A stretch of DNA of 64,000 nucleotides from contig CAWBKB010000001.1 in assembly GCA_963789265.1 (NCBI GenBank), positions 1,120,001-1,184,000 on the forward strand, read 5' to 3'. This document shows positions 29,557 through 40,341 of this stretch, one piece after another. Both the position numbers and the translations under genes were made by a program. This stretch comes from an uncultured delta proteobacterium. Its GTDB lineage: Bacteria; Desulfobacterota; Desulfomonilia; Desulfomonilales; Desulfomonilaceae. The notes under the pieces are model-generated. The model was not told the DNA's origin, did not search any database, and worked only from the letters and a program-made list of their open reading frames with translations. The first letter of the stretch is position 1. Every line of letters begins with the position of its first letter.

Positions 29557-31239
29557 TTGAGTGGAGTATCCGGTTCAATCCGTGGTCTTAAGGCCTCCCA
29601 GAGGACCAGGGTGGAGCGATTGGCCCTCAGGAGGATTCCTGTCGGCCGGGTGGTTACACAGGAGATGGCGCGCCACCTGGCAGGGATTTCCCGTGAGATT
29701 AGCCGTCAGATCGGTATTCTTGTAGATCGCAAGGGGAACGTGCGACGCGTGGTAGTTGGAGATGCTCGCTCCGTCATGATCCCTAAACTGGACGGATGGC
29801 GGGTAGGCGCCGGGCGGCTACGTGGTCTCAGGCTCATTCACACCCATCTCAAGGATGAGCCGCTCAGCCAGGAAGATTTGACCGACCTTGCTCTGCTTCG
29901 CCTCGATTTGGTGGCGTCTATTGGAGTAGACAGTCAAGGCTTGCCGACCGTGGTTCGCATGGCCCATCTTTTGCCGGACAATCCGCGAGGCGAAGTTTGG
30001 CAGCTACTTGAACCGGTTCCACCGTCTTTGCTTACCTTGGACTTCGGCGCCTTTATCAAATCTCTGGAAGATGAAATATCGAGGTCTGTCAGCGCTCGTT
30101 CTGTGGCGGCTGCCGAGCGGGCCTATCTGGTCGGAAGAACTACGGGTAATGAATGGGAGATCGAAGAATCTTTGGATGAGCTTAAGGAACTTGCTCGATC
30201 TTCCGGAGTTGATGTAGTGGGGACGGCCATCCAACGTCGCGACACTGCTCATCCCCGTTTTGTAGTCGGGAAGGGAAAACTCAAGGAGATAGTGATTGAT
30301 GCGCTACAAAAGGGCGCGAGCCTTATGGTCTTCGATACGGAACTCAGTCCCGCGCAGGTAAAGGCGATCGGAGAATTCACCGAATTGAAGGTTATTGATC
30401 GCTCGCAACTGATCCTGGACATTTTTGCGCAGAGGGCCAAGTCTCGTGAAGGGAAAATACAGGTAGAGCTTGCCCAGTTGAAATATGCCCTTCCCAGGCT
30501 TGCAGAGAAGGATGACTCGCTTTCGCGTTTGACCGGCGGAATCGGAGGTCGCGGTCCTGGAGAAACTAAGTTGGAAATTGACCGTAGACGGATTCACAGC
30601 CGAATCGGATTTTTGGAGAAACAGATTCAGCAGCTCGGAAAGCGCCGTTCCCTTAGAAGGGAACTTCGGAACAGAAGGGGCGTACCGGTAATCTCCATCG
30701 TGGGTTATACCAACGCCGGGAAATCGACCCTTTTGAACAACCTGACGAAATCGGACATTCTTGTGGAAGATAAGCTCTTTGCGACCTTGGATCCAACCAG
30801 TCGGCGGCTGAGATTTCCTCGAGAAACCGAAGTAATCGTAACCGATACCGTGGGCTTCTTGCAGGATCTTCCCGAGACGCTTGTGACTGCCTTCTCCGCG
30901 ACCCTCGATGAGCTTGCCGATGCGGACCTTCTTCTCCACGTCATAGATTGTTCCAATCATGCCTTTGAAATGCAGTTGGCCGCGGTAGAGAGACTGCTGG
31001 AACAGCTTAACCTTGGCGGGGTCCCAATGATTAGGGTCTTTAATAAGCAGGACCTTGTCGATCCGGTAACTTTGGGCAATATTTGCGCCGGTTATGACGG
31101 AATCGGAATTTCTGCCATTAACACTAAGACATTTCCACCACTTATAAAACGGATGGAAGACGAAATACTGAGAAAGCTGTCTATGTCGAGGAATATGACA
31201 GTCGATCGTCGTTTGGCCCCCCAACCCGGCCTTTCCTGA
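29557..31239 (+). CDS. hflX: GTPase HflX
   Basis: LILDIFAQRA, GRGPGETKLE, GYTNAGKST, LFATLDPT, DTVGF, NKQD. Confidence 0.96.
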   Translation: MSGVSGSIRGLKASQRTRVERLALRRIPVGRVVTQEMARHLAGISREISRQIGILVDRKGNVRRVVVGDARSVMIPKLDGWRVGAGRLRGLRLIHTHLKDEPLSQEDLTDLALLRLDLVASIGVDSQGLPTVVRMAHLLPDNPRGEVWQLLEPVPPSLLTLDFGAFIKSLEDEISRSVSARSVAAAERAYLVGRTTGNEWEIEESLDELKELARSSGVDVVGTAIQRRDTAHPRFVVGKGKLKEIVIDALQKGASLMVFDTELSPAQVKAIGEFTELKVIDRSQLILDIFAQRAKSREGKIQVELAQLKYALPRLAEKDDSLSRLTGGIGGRGPGETKLEIDRRRIHSRIGFLEKQIQQLGKRRSLRRELRNRRGVPVISIVGYTNAGKSTLLNNLTKSDILVEDKLFATLDPTSRRLRFPRETEVIVTDTVGFLQDLPETLVTAFSATLDELADADLLLHVIDCSNHAFEMQLAAVERLLEQLNLGGVPMIRVFNKQDLVDPVTLGNICAGYDGIGISAINTKTFPPLIKRMEDEILRKLSMSRNMTVDRRLAPQPGLS

Positions 31240-31329
31240 TGGCACTTTTCGAGGGGAAGAGGATCGGATCGAAAAGATTTCTTCTCCGAGCTTTTTTCGA
31301 CATTGCGGATATGTCAGATAGGAGTGACC

Positions 31330-31755
31330 GTGCAGAATCCGACCCTTCTTCAGAGGACGCATGGTGAATACGACGAGCGTTTTTTGGAATTCATAAAGCT
31401 CCTCGCGGCCATCGAAAGAAACCACGGGCTTTTCCCGAAAGATTGCCGAACGTGTGGACGAAAGTTCGTCAGCTTCTCGGAATACTTTTGGGCCACTACC
31501 TGTAAAGGTCACGGTTTGGAAGATTGCAGCGACGTCATGCTAAGACCGTTCACGATGATTTATCGCCACTGTCCATGCGGGAACACCCTTGTTGTGACTT
31601 TGACCCGGGAAACCTTCCCCATGTTGGACAATTTGTGGGCCATGTTACAACGCGTAGCCGCAGAAAGACAGGAACCGCTTCAGACGGTGGTTTCTCAGTT
31701 TGTGGAAAAGTGTTCGGACTATATTCTGGCACGAAACAAGCCATGTCCAGTGTGA
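31330..31755 (+). CDS. Hypothetical protein with putative zinc-binding Cys pairs
   Basis: FPKDCRTCG..RHCPCGNTL. Confidence 0.65.
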   Translation: MQNPTLLQRTHGEYDERFLEFIKLLAAIERNHGLFPKDCRTCGRKFVSFSEYFWATTCKGHGLEDCSDVMLRPFTMIYRHCPCGNTLVVTLTRETFPMLDNLWAMLQRVAAERQEPLQTVVSQFVEKCSDYILARNKPCPV

Positions 31756-31773
31756 CGTCGGCAACTCAGCAGG

Positions 31774-32415
31774 ATGAATCGAGCAGTCAGCAACATACTT
31801 TTTGATCTGGGGAATGTGCTTATCCCGGTTCACTTGGAAACAGCTTTCCGGAAATTGCTTCCGCACCTGCCGCCTGATCGTGCCAAGCTCATGAAAGAAG
31901 ATAGGGAAGCTTTTATTGATTTGTTGCGTGAACCTGCTACAGCCCTGGAAAAAGGAGCAACGGATGCCGAGCAGTTCTACAGAACTTCTGCCGATCTGCT
32001 GGGAACGGACCTGAACCGTGACGACTTCCTCGAGATCTGGTGCAATATTTTCAGCATGAATGAGACCATGATCGCTTTGGGGGAATCTCTTTCCAAGGAG
32101 TACGGGACATGGCTTGTGTCGAATACAAGCCGTCTTCACTACGAATACATTGTCCGCAAGTATCCTCGGGTGACGTTTTACAAGGATGCGGCGCTCTCCT
32201 TTGATCTCGGTGTTATGAAGCCTTCAGCGGCCTATTATGAAAAAGCAATTGAGAAGTTCCGCATTGATCCTCTGTCTGCCGTGTTCATCGACGATCTTCC
32301 CGAAAATGTTGAAGGAGCGGTGCGCTCGGGCATGATGGGTGTGGTATTTCGCAATTCCACTCAACTTCTCCAAGAGCTTCAAAGTCTTGGGGTGAATGTG
32401 CCTGAATGTGAGTAG
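31774..32415 (+). CDS. HAD-family phosphatase (YihX-like)
   Basis: FDLGNVL, SNT, MKP, FIDD..NV. Confidence 0.93.
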   Translation: MNRAVSNILFDLGNVLIPVHLETAFRKLLPHLPPDRAKLMKEDREAFIDLLREPATALEKGATDAEQFYRTSADLLGTDLNRDDFLEIWCNIFSMNETMIALGESLSKEYGTWLVSNTSRLHYEYIVRKYPRVTFYKDAALSFDLGVMKPSAAYYEKAIEKFRIDPLSAVFIDDLPENVEGAVRSGMMGVVFRNSTQLLQELQSLGVNVPECE

Positions 32416-32419
32416 ACAA

Positions 32420-32591
32420 GTACAGCGTTTCACAAATACGGTGCCACGCGCACAGTAGGACCGGCTTCCGTGCCGGGCACTGACACCCACGACCCCGCGT
32501 CCCGCGGGGAGGCCGGTCCTACCGGAAGCGGGTCAGGTCTTCGAGCATCATCCACGTCAAAATATGTGACCGAACTTATGAAAGGGAGTAC
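32420..32591. mobile_element. MITE-like element (longer copy of 7674-7818)
   Basis: Same ends and body; contains gtaggaccggc..gccggtcctac REP pair. Confidence 0.7.
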
Positions 32592-32596
32592 GAAGG

Positions 32597-33799
32597 TTGA
32601 AACCTAAGGAGTCGCCAATTCAAGGATTCAGATTCAGCGCCGTTGCCGCCGGAATTAAGCGGGCAGGCACAGACCGCCTCGACATGGGCCTCATAGTATC
32701 GGATTCACCTACGGCAACCGCGGCTGTAACGACAACCAATCTAGTCTTTGCCGCACCGGTACAAATAACCCGAGAGCGCCTTGCAAGCGGGTCGTGCCAG
32801 GCCGTACTCATAAATTCGGGCAACGCCAATGCGTACACGGGCGATCAGGGGCGTCAGGATGCTATAGATCTCACGGGAGAAGTGGCGGCAGGGCTGGGAA
32901 TCGAGTCGGGGCTGATCGTTCCCATGTCTACGGGGGTTATCGGCCTGCGCTTGCCTGTGGACAGAATACGCGCACAAATCCGGCCGCTCCTCAAAGGACT
33001 TGACCGGGGTACGTTCATGGAGGTCGCCAGAGCTATGTTGACCACCGACACCCGCCCGAAGACGGTTATCCTCGAGGGAACCTTGTCGAACGGCTCATTC
33101 AAAATGTTGGGAATGGCCAAAGGAGCCGGGATGATAGCTCCCAACATGGCCACGTTGCTGGCAGTAATCCTCACGGATGTCAAAATCGAAGCAAATCGCC
33201 TCAGAGAATGCCTTGTCGAAGCCAACAGTGGTACGTTCAACTGTATTACCGTCGACGGAGACACCAGTACCAACGATACTGTCCTGGTGATGGCAGGCGC
33301 ACACCCGGAGGCTCGGGAACTAGGCGAGGACCGGACCGATTGGAAGGTTTTTTCGTCGCTATTGAACGATGCTTGCATGAGTCTTTCGCGTCAACTCGTG
33401 CTCGATGGGGAAGGGGCAACCAAGATGGTGGAGGTCCGCGTAGTCGGTGCGCCCGGGCCTACCGCGGCTGCCAAAGTAGCTCGAACTATCGCCGAATCCC
33501 CTCTGGTCAAGACCGCGTTTCACGGGGAAGATCCAAACTGGGGTCGAATACTTTGTAGCGCGGGACGGGCCGGCGTGGCTTTCGATCCCAACAAAGTGGA
33601 CTTGTTCATCGGTAGGGTCCACGTTGTGAGCCAAGGGAGCGTAACGGCAGACGACTGGGAATCAGCCGCTCACCGGGTGATGCAGGGCCGAGAGTTCTCT
33701 ATCCTCCTGGATCTCAAAGTCGGAGAAGGTGAGGCAAGCCTTCTCACAACAGACATGTCAGAGGAATACGTTACTATTAATGCCGATTATCGCTCTTGA
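32597..33799 (+). CDS. argJ: Bifunctional glutamate N-acetyltransferase
   Basis: NSGNANA, STGVIG, TTDT, KGAGMIAPNMATLL, DTSTND, DGEGATK, DPNWGRI. Confidence 0.97.
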   Translation: MKPKESPIQGFRFSAVAAGIKRAGTDRLDMGLIVSDSPTATAAVTTTNLVFAAPVQITRERLASGSCQAVLINSGNANAYTGDQGRQDAIDLTGEVAAGLGIESGLIVPMSTGVIGLRLPVDRIRAQIRPLLKGLDRGTFMEVARAMLTTDTRPKTVILEGTLSNGSFKMLGMAKGAGMIAPNMATLLAVILTDVKIEANRLRECLVEANSGTFNCITVDGDTSTNDTVLVMAGAHPEARELGEDRTDWKVFSSLLNDACMSLSRQLVLDGEGATKMVEVRVVGAPGPTAAAKVARTIAESPLVKTAFHGEDPNWGRILCSAGRAGVAFDPNKVDLFIGRVHVVSQGSVTADDWESAAHRVMQGREFSILLDLKVGEGEASLLTTDMSEEYVTINADYRS

Positions 33800-33850
33800 C
33801 GACAGAAATAAGCGGTCGCAATAAAGAGTCGGCTCAAGTGACGGCTTTTG

Positions 33851-35138
33851 CTATAAGTCATCCCTCGCCCACGAGACGCGTTTACTTCTTCGCACAGTTC
33901 TCTTTATCCGGGTGGCTACTACCGGAACTACGATTCTCTGGCCCTTGTGGAGCCGTCTGCGAAAATTTACATCTGGGTTTAGACTGGCAAGTTGGGCCTT
34001 TCGTATACGGTAGCGCTTGAGAATCCTTCGGAGGCTGTCCCCTCTACGGACAACATGTACTATCTGGTGGCGCGACGGCTCAGGCGGCATTTCTTTCAAC
34101 TTGGCAGCGAGGAGTTTCTCTTTTGCCGACCGGCACTCTGAGAGAGCACGATGGACCTTGTGGGGTCGCTCCCCTTATCAGGGCGGGATTCAGTTCGGCA
34201 AGGCAACTCTTGGGAACTCCAATTGCCTTGGCCAGGGTTTCCAACGAATGCGACCCATCCACGGTGATCAGTTCGTGCTTGGGCCCCCGCGCTTTGTCGG
34301 GAAGAGAGGCAAATCCGTATTTGGCCGCATTCTTGGCAATGTGGGCTATGGCCAAAAATCTTGGATAGAATTCTCTCGTCTCTCGTTTCAGATGGCGGCT
34401 GGAGCAGATCTCGTCGTACTCGCTGGCATCTTCCTGGCAAAGAACCTTGTTCAGTTTGTTCTCTCCCGAATTGTACGTGCTGAGTGCGAGTCGCCAACAC
34501 CCAAACATTCCGTAAAGGTCCTTCAGATACAACATGGCGGCCTTGGTGGATTTCTGCGGATCTAACCTTTCGTCCACCCAACTATCCACGCGTAGCCCGT
34601 AGCTGCGCGGAGTTGCGGGCATAAACTGCCACATACCGAGGGCATTGGCCCGGGAGCGTGCCTCCGGATTCGCTCCGGATTCGAGCATAACAAGGTATGC
34701 GATGTCACAAGGCAGGCCGCCCTCTTTGGTCGCCTCTTTTACTGCCGGCAGATACTCGGTCGCATTGGCCAAGTAGCGCTTCATTGTCTCGCGGTGCCTA
34801 TAGGCGTATTCGCGAATAAATTTATGGACGAGTCTGGAGTTTTCGTCTGTGGGGAGAGGCGGATAGGATGCGAGCTTGGTTGCGGGGCGTTTTGGGGTCC
34901 CGCGACCGAGACAGATAACCCTCGAAAAAGCATTGGCCACCGCCGGTCTGTATTCTGCCTCTTGCTTGACAAGGCACGCGGTTGACCCGCAACCTGCCAG
35001 CGCAGCAACCCATGCGACCAGAACCAGCAGCGCTACCGGCGATCCCAGTGGCCGGAGGCGGATTACATTCACAGTCCCGAGGGTGGGCTCGGGATTCACT
35101 CTCCAACCTCCAAAGTATACATTGAAATCACAAAACAA
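33851..35138 (-). CDS. MltD-like lytic transglycosylase with LysM domains; +1 frameshift near 34121-34124
   Basis: LESG..SRANALGMWQFMPAT..DERLDP..YNSGE..ETREF; C-terminal LysM HVVRRGDSL..LASLNP in the adjacent frame. Confidence 0.9.
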
Positions 35139-35427
35139 TTCCGTATCATGGCGGGGATCATGATATCACAGCCAACAATCCTGTCAACGCGAAAAAGGCA
35201 GGAGTTACCTTAAAGATCTGAGTCAAGAACTGGTCAAGTCGGGTAGAGAAAGGGCATCGGCAATTGGATGTAGGAAGAAATGCAGAGCACAGCGCTTAAT
35301 GCCAATTCGCTTTCAAGCAAGTGACACCGTGTTTGATGGTGCAAGCATCCTGCCTGTTCTCATGTCCATGTACGCGGGGAAATGTAGGGGCGAATGGCAT
35401 TCGCCCTGAGCGGTCCCAGTTCCCGCG

Positions 35428-35604
35428 CATAGGCGTTAACTTAAGGCAATTTCGTTCCTTTTCAAGAGGTAAATGCAGACCGAGGGCGATCAAAGTCCCC
35501 TTTTCTAAAGGGGGATTTAGGGGGATTTTGAATGAGTTATCCCAAAATCCCCCCTGGCCCCCCTTTACGAAAGGGGGGAATAAATCATTAACTTAACGCC
35601 CATG
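35428..35604. mobile_element. MITE with CAT termini (IS4-family-like) inserted in another repeat
   Basis: cataggcgttaacttaa / ttaacttaacgcccatg 15/17 inverted repeat; internal C/G-run palindromes. Confidence 0.75.
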
Positions 35605-35670
35605 CGCGGGAGGTGGGCCTCGCAATGACAATCTTTCTCGCGGGTAAGTGAATGTGTACGTCAACAGGGA

Positions 35671-36843
35671 TTAGAAATTGAATGTTCCTGACAATCCCAC
35701 GTCGAAAGTGTACTGGCTGAGGGTTGACGTGCCGCTACTCGTCGCCGAGAAAAGCTCTGGCAACCTGAATGTGAGCGGTCCTAGAAATGCGAACAAGCTG
35801 CTCTGGCCAGCCAGACTTAAGTCCCCGTCTCCTCGGATTCTTAACCAGCTACCCTTCGCCCAGAGCGTTGCATTGAAAATTCCGAAGGAGAAATTGGATT
35901 CCAGACCTGCTTCTACGAAGAGGCCCGCGTTCTTGAAAGTGTATTCGGCTTGTTCGGAAAGGTCTCGTCTACCCACACCGAACACAGGTGGGATAAAGAA
36001 GCCCAAGTAGGGGCCCGCGTGAGTAAGATCCAAGGGGAGTCTTAAGCTGGCACTTGCGCTTCCTATGAGAACCGATCCTTTGAAGTACGGGCCCAAAATT
36101 TCGCAGCCAATATATGGAATTGTGAAAAAGGTATTGAGGTCGCCCGAATAGTTCGGGAAGGTGACACCCTGGATGGTAGGCGGTGGAAAGCTGATGATCC
36201 CATAATAACCGGGCAGAGGCTCCGGCTCCGAGAAACGGACTGAAACGCGATCGAACCTTATACCCGCCGCCAGGCCGACAGCCGGATTTATGTTGTAACT
36301 CCCACCGACCTCAAATTCCGACCATTGAAACCGCGATCCCGTCCAACTCCGCTCCTGCGGCGGAATCTGCCCCATGGAAGGGCCTTCATTTGATTGAATA
36401 GTCACCGTACGGGGAATGTTCGCGGAAACACTGCCGAACAGACCGAAGAAAGGTGTAATCCATGCATCGAGACGGAACGAGCCGACAGCCAAATCGGCCG
36501 ACTGGATCTTAATATCCAAAGGGTAGAGGTCAAGTAAGCTTCCATATTGACGAAAAAATAAAAAAGGACTGAGCAATTGGGTGACTGGAATATCCAGATT
36601 GAAATTCAGACCTATCTTTTTGTAGCCCACTTCCGCACTCGGCACCACTTTTATATCGCCTGCTTCAATCCAGTTCAGTCCCGGGAGGGAAGTAATGCCA
36701 GAAAACCACCCTGAGCCCCCCGCCCCCCTGAAAGGAATCGCTGCAGTCGGAGACGGTTCAGAAAGTAAGCCTTGTGCTGAGGCAGCAACAGGGAACGCGA
36801 GCAAGAGCCACAACCCGACCAAAACCACGCGGCGTTTGGTCAT
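35671..36843 (-). CDS. Putative outer-membrane beta-barrel protein
   Basis: Signal peptide ending AASA; amphipathic beta-strand patterning; C-terminal Phe. Confidence 0.7.
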   Translation of the reverse strand: MTKRRVVLVGLWLLLAFPVAASAQGLLSEPSPTAAIPFRGAGGSGWFSGITSLPGLNWIEAGDIKVVPSAEVGYKKIGLNFNLDIPVTQLLSPFLFFRQYGSLLDLYPLDIKIQSADLAVGSFRLDAWITPFFGLFGSVSANIPRTVTIQSNEGPSMGQIPPQERSWTGSRFQWSEFEVGGSYNINPAVGLAAGIRFDRVSVRFSEPEPLPGYYGIISFPPPTIQGVTFPNYSGDLNTFFTIPYIGCEILGPYFKGSVLIGSASASLRLPLDLTHAGPYLGFFIPPVFGVGRRDLSEQAEYTFKNAGLFVEAGLESNFSFGIFNATLWAKGSWLRIRGDGDLSLAGQSSLFAFLGPLTFRLPELFSATSSGTSTLSQYTFDVGLSGTFNF

Positions 36844-37219
36844 AATCCATACCCCCACCAACCTGACGCGGCCATGCCTCGAATATGCCTTGAAGCAACC
36901 CGTCAGATCATCCCGAGCAAACTTAAATTTACAATAACGATAATGATTTCATAACATTTTTGCCGATGGTGGTCAAGCTACAAGTTTCAAGAACTTCCAC
37001 CCAATTAGCCTTTCCGAAACCGCAAGAGTCAACTGCCGCCGGCGAATTTAGATTCCGCAACAATATTTGGGGTAATACCAATTCGCGTTCAAAGTTGAAA
37101 TGAACTCCGCTCTATCCCCCCTTTATTAAAGAGGGGAAGGGGGCATAGGCATTAGAATAAGAAGGCACGCCGATTTTGTGAGCCCCAGAGGGGCTCAACG
37201 ACAGTAGCCCGGCAATTCA

Positions 37220-38895
37220 GAAACTGTCTCAAAAGTCGATTTTGGGCTCGCGATTCTCAACCGATTCTACTAATGAGATGTGAAAAGAGAATCGGAGAGG
37301 GAAAGGATTATGCCGCAAATCAGAGCCGACTACAAGCAGGTGTTTCTGCTTCCGCCCGCTATAGATGACTGGATAGGGCCTGATCATCCAGCGCGCTTCA
37401 TAGGAGACTTTGTGGATTCCTTGGATTTGGAGGTGCTGGGTTTTCGAGTTCCGAATGGCGAAACGGGCCGTCCTCCCTATATTACCGATCTTTTGTTGAA
37501 GGCATGGCTCTACGGCTATTTCAGCAGAATCAGGTCATCGCGCAAGCTTGAGAAGGCATGCATGGAGAACATGGGATTGATTTGGCTGACGGGTATGAAT
37601 GCAGCGGATCATAATACCCTGTGGCGATTCTGGAGGGACAACAAGAAGGTTTTCAAGGGAATATTCAAACAATCGGTTCAAGTGGCAGTCAAAGCCGAGT
37701 TGATAGGTATGGCGGTTCATGCATTGGATGGAACCAAGATCCCTGTCGGATCATCTCGGGAGAAGTTCAAGAACCAAGATCAGTTGGAGCGGATGCTTGA
37801 GAATTTGGACAAGTGCGTTGCCGACGTCATGACGGAGACAGAGAGGTGCGAGCAAGAGGAGGGTGGCGAATGGCGTCTTCCCGAAGCCCTGCAGGACGAG
37901 TTGAAACGCAAGGAGCGGATACAGAAGGCCTTGCAGGAATTGGATAAGACTGACAAGAAGGTCGTCCATCCCTGCGAGCCGGATGCCCGGTACATGAAGA
38001 ACCGGCGGTCTACTGAGCCCTCTTACAATGCTCAAGCGGTGGCAGACCAACAAAGCGGCATGATTGTGGCTGAGGAAGTGGTCGACGAAGGCAATGACAA
38101 TGGGCAGCTTGTTCCCATGCTGGATCGAGTTCAGGAAAATTTGGGCGCAACCGCAGAGGAAACCGTGGCGGACGCAGGATACTTCGCATCGGCTCAAATC
38201 GCGTTGGCCGAAGAGAAGGAGTACGAGGTCTTGGTCGCCAAGTCGTCGGGAGAGTCCGCTGCGGAAAAAGGCGCTCAATGGGACCCTTATCACGCTTCCC
38301 AGTTCGTCTACGACCAAGAGCGAGACGTCTGTATTTGTCCGCAAGGCGCATCGCTGAACTTTCTTCAGAAGAAAGTCACAGGAAAAAACGGAAACGAGAT
38401 CCGGCGGTATCGATGCCGGGACTACTTGACGTGTCCTGAACGGTGGAAGTGCAGCAAGAGCAAGAATGGCCGTCTCATAGACATTAACATCTATCGTGAC
38501 GCAGTTGAGCGCCACCGCAAGAAACGGGAGGTCCCGGAAAGCAAGACGCTACTCCGAGCCCGCAAGGTGATCATTGAGCCGGTCTTTGCATGGATAAAGA
38601 GCCACTTGGACTTTAGACGGTGGACCGTGTCCGGATTATCCAATGCGAGGGCTCAATGGTCTTTGATGTGCGCCACCTTGAATCTCAAGAAGCTCTACAG
38701 CCATTGGCTGACGGGGCGTCTGGTGCTAACCGCGGCCTAAGACATCAGGACGGAGAGTGACTCATGGCTGCCTGAGGCATACTCATAGCCGGCCCCGGCT
38801 CGTCGGAGACAAGGGAGGCCAAGGTGCGAGATTAACCGCACCCTACCACCCCGAGAGTCGTCATCGTGCCACTACAACCGTTTTGAGACACTCTC
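37220..38895 (+). mobile_element. IS1182-family insertion sequence
   Basis: IRs gaaactgtctcaaaa / ttttgagacactctc; flanks ttca/ttta; single transposase. Confidence 0.9.
37310..38740 (+). CDS. IS1182-family DDE transposase
   Basis: QVFLLPP..DHPAR..GRPPY..SSRKLE..DHNTLWRF..ALDGTKI..YNAQ..ADAGY..CPQG..RKVIIEPVF. Confidence 0.95.
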   Translation: MPQIRADYKQVFLLPPAIDDWIGPDHPARFIGDFVDSLDLEVLGFRVPNGETGRPPYITDLLLKAWLYGYFSRIRSSRKLEKACMENMGLIWLTGMNAADHNTLWRFWRDNKKVFKGIFKQSVQVAVKAELIGMAVHALDGTKIPVGSSREKFKNQDQLERMLENLDKCVADVMTETERCEQEEGGEWRLPEALQDELKRKERIQKALQELDKTDKKVVHPCEPDARYMKNRRSTEPSYNAQAVADQQSGMIVAEEVVDEGNDNGQLVPMLDRVQENLGATAEETVADAGYFASAQIALAEEKEYEVLVAKSSGESAAEKGAQWDPYHASQFVYDQERDVCICPQGASLNFLQKKVTGKNGNEIRRYRCRDYLTCPERWKCSKSKNGRLIDINIYRDAVERHRKKREVPESKTLLRARKVIIEPVFAWIKSHLDFRRWTVSGLSNARAQWSLMCATLNLKKLYSHWLTGRLVLTAA

Positions 38896-39172
38896 TTTAG
38901 CGCCGGGTGACCGATGAGCAATGATTCAGTTCTTCGTCCCCGAGGGGCGCTCGAAGGATCTCTTGGCCGTTCATTCTCGGCGATAAATCGCCGGGCTACT
39001 ATCGTGCCGTCCCTCCGGGACGAGGAGGACTTGGAGTCTATTTTAACACCGATGAGGGAAGGGGGGATTTTGAATTCAAATTCCTATAAGACCTTGAAAA
39101 GGAGATGGCCGAGTATCGGCCTAGGTACGTCATCAATTGAGACGGCACGGGCGAGGGGCTGGTGCGGCCTGC

Positions 39173-39874
39173 TCAGGGAAAAGTGAGCTGCAACGCGGAA
39201 TCGGTTGCACGGATATTTCCCCCGATGGACGAGAGAACAGCACTCGCGGTGGCCAACCCGGTGTGACTTCGGGCATCCATGACACTCATATCCGGGGGCA
39301 GCTCTCCGGAATCCCAGAGGATGTGAGTCGCGCAAATGCCGTCAAGGTCAATGAATTTCACTGTTAGTATTTTTTTGTATGGCAGACCGCGCTGGTCGTG
39401 CCACACGCCAATTGCCGCAACGGCATCTCTGGCAAAGGCCAGTCCTTGCACAATGATCCCCTCAACTAGGTTCGGATTGTTTCTGACAGGGGGAACCGCT
39501 TCATCGCACTCACATACCAGTTCGATGCCCCGGCTTATGAATTGTTGCCCCATCAATCCTTTGATCTTTTCGAATATACCTTGGATGCCTGCTTCTTCGA
39601 AACCTGAGAAATTGGCACCGCTGAACGCTCTGAGCCCTTCCACAATCTTGCCGGCTTTTTGCACCTGAGATGTCACAATGTTCAATCGATGAACTATAAA
39701 TTCCTTTTCATCTTTCGGCAGTGCACTACGTTCCACTTTGAGCTGTACCACCTGGGATGCGATCATAATCGCATTCAGGGGTTGCGCAATCTCATGGGCG
39801 AAGCCCCCGAAGACCTCTCCCAATGAAGCCAAACGCAGCAGATCCTCTTGAGGCAGAAGACATTCTGTTTCCAT
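39173..39874 (-). CDS. Sensor-less histidine kinase-like protein with degenerate ATPase domain
   Basis: H-box LGEVFGGFAHEIAQPLNAI; N, G1, F and G2 boxes degenerate. Confidence 0.75.
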   Translation of the reverse strand: METECLLPQEDLLRLASLGEVFGGFAHEIAQPLNAIMIASQVVQLKVERSALPKDEKEFIVHRLNIVTSQVQKAGKIVEGLRAFSGANFSGFEEAGIQGIFEKIKGLMGQQFISRGIELVCECDEAVPPVRNNPNLVEGIIVQGLAFARDAVAAIGVWHDQRGLPYKKILTVKFIDLDGICATHILWDSGELPPDMSVMDARSHTGLATASAVLSSIGGNIRATDSALQLTFP

Positions 39875-40165
39875 CAATCCTCCGTAGAACAGCAATGTGG
39901 TGATTGACATGCCAATGGCGGAAATTAGCGACGCTGTCCAGAATATCTATATGCAAGACGATTGCAAGTTCTTCTCAACCAGGCGGAACTCGGCCCATGT
40001 GGCAGCAGGCTCGGAAGACTGCATTCGTAGACGTGTAAGAGCCGACGACATGAAACGATAGCAGGAGAAGAGCCACGAAGGAAATAATGTTCACCAATTT
40101 CACGACCCAAGCAGCGGCCGTGATTCCGACAGAGGCCGGCAAGGATTTCGAGATCTATTCAGGGC

Positions 40166-40260
40166 TTATGCCAATTCGCATTCAAAATCCCCCCTTCCCC
40201 CCTTTATTAAAGGGGGGCTAGAGGGGATTTCATTTCAACTTTGAATGCGAAACGGCATTA
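40166..40260. mobile_element. 95-bp MITE-like element (uninterrupted relative of 37073-39088)
   Basis: ttatgccaattcgcattcaaa / tttgaatgcgaaacggcatta terminal IRs. Confidence 0.75.
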
Positions 40261-40341
40261 GGAGTGACCCAAGCCACCTGGAACGCTGAAGGGGTTGCTC
40301 GTTCCGCCAAAAAAGTGTCGCAGAACTAACTTGCGTTTTCT

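Noticed and set aside
30304..31512. 402-aa minus-strand ORF
   Set aside because: Antisense shadow of hflX with no motif.
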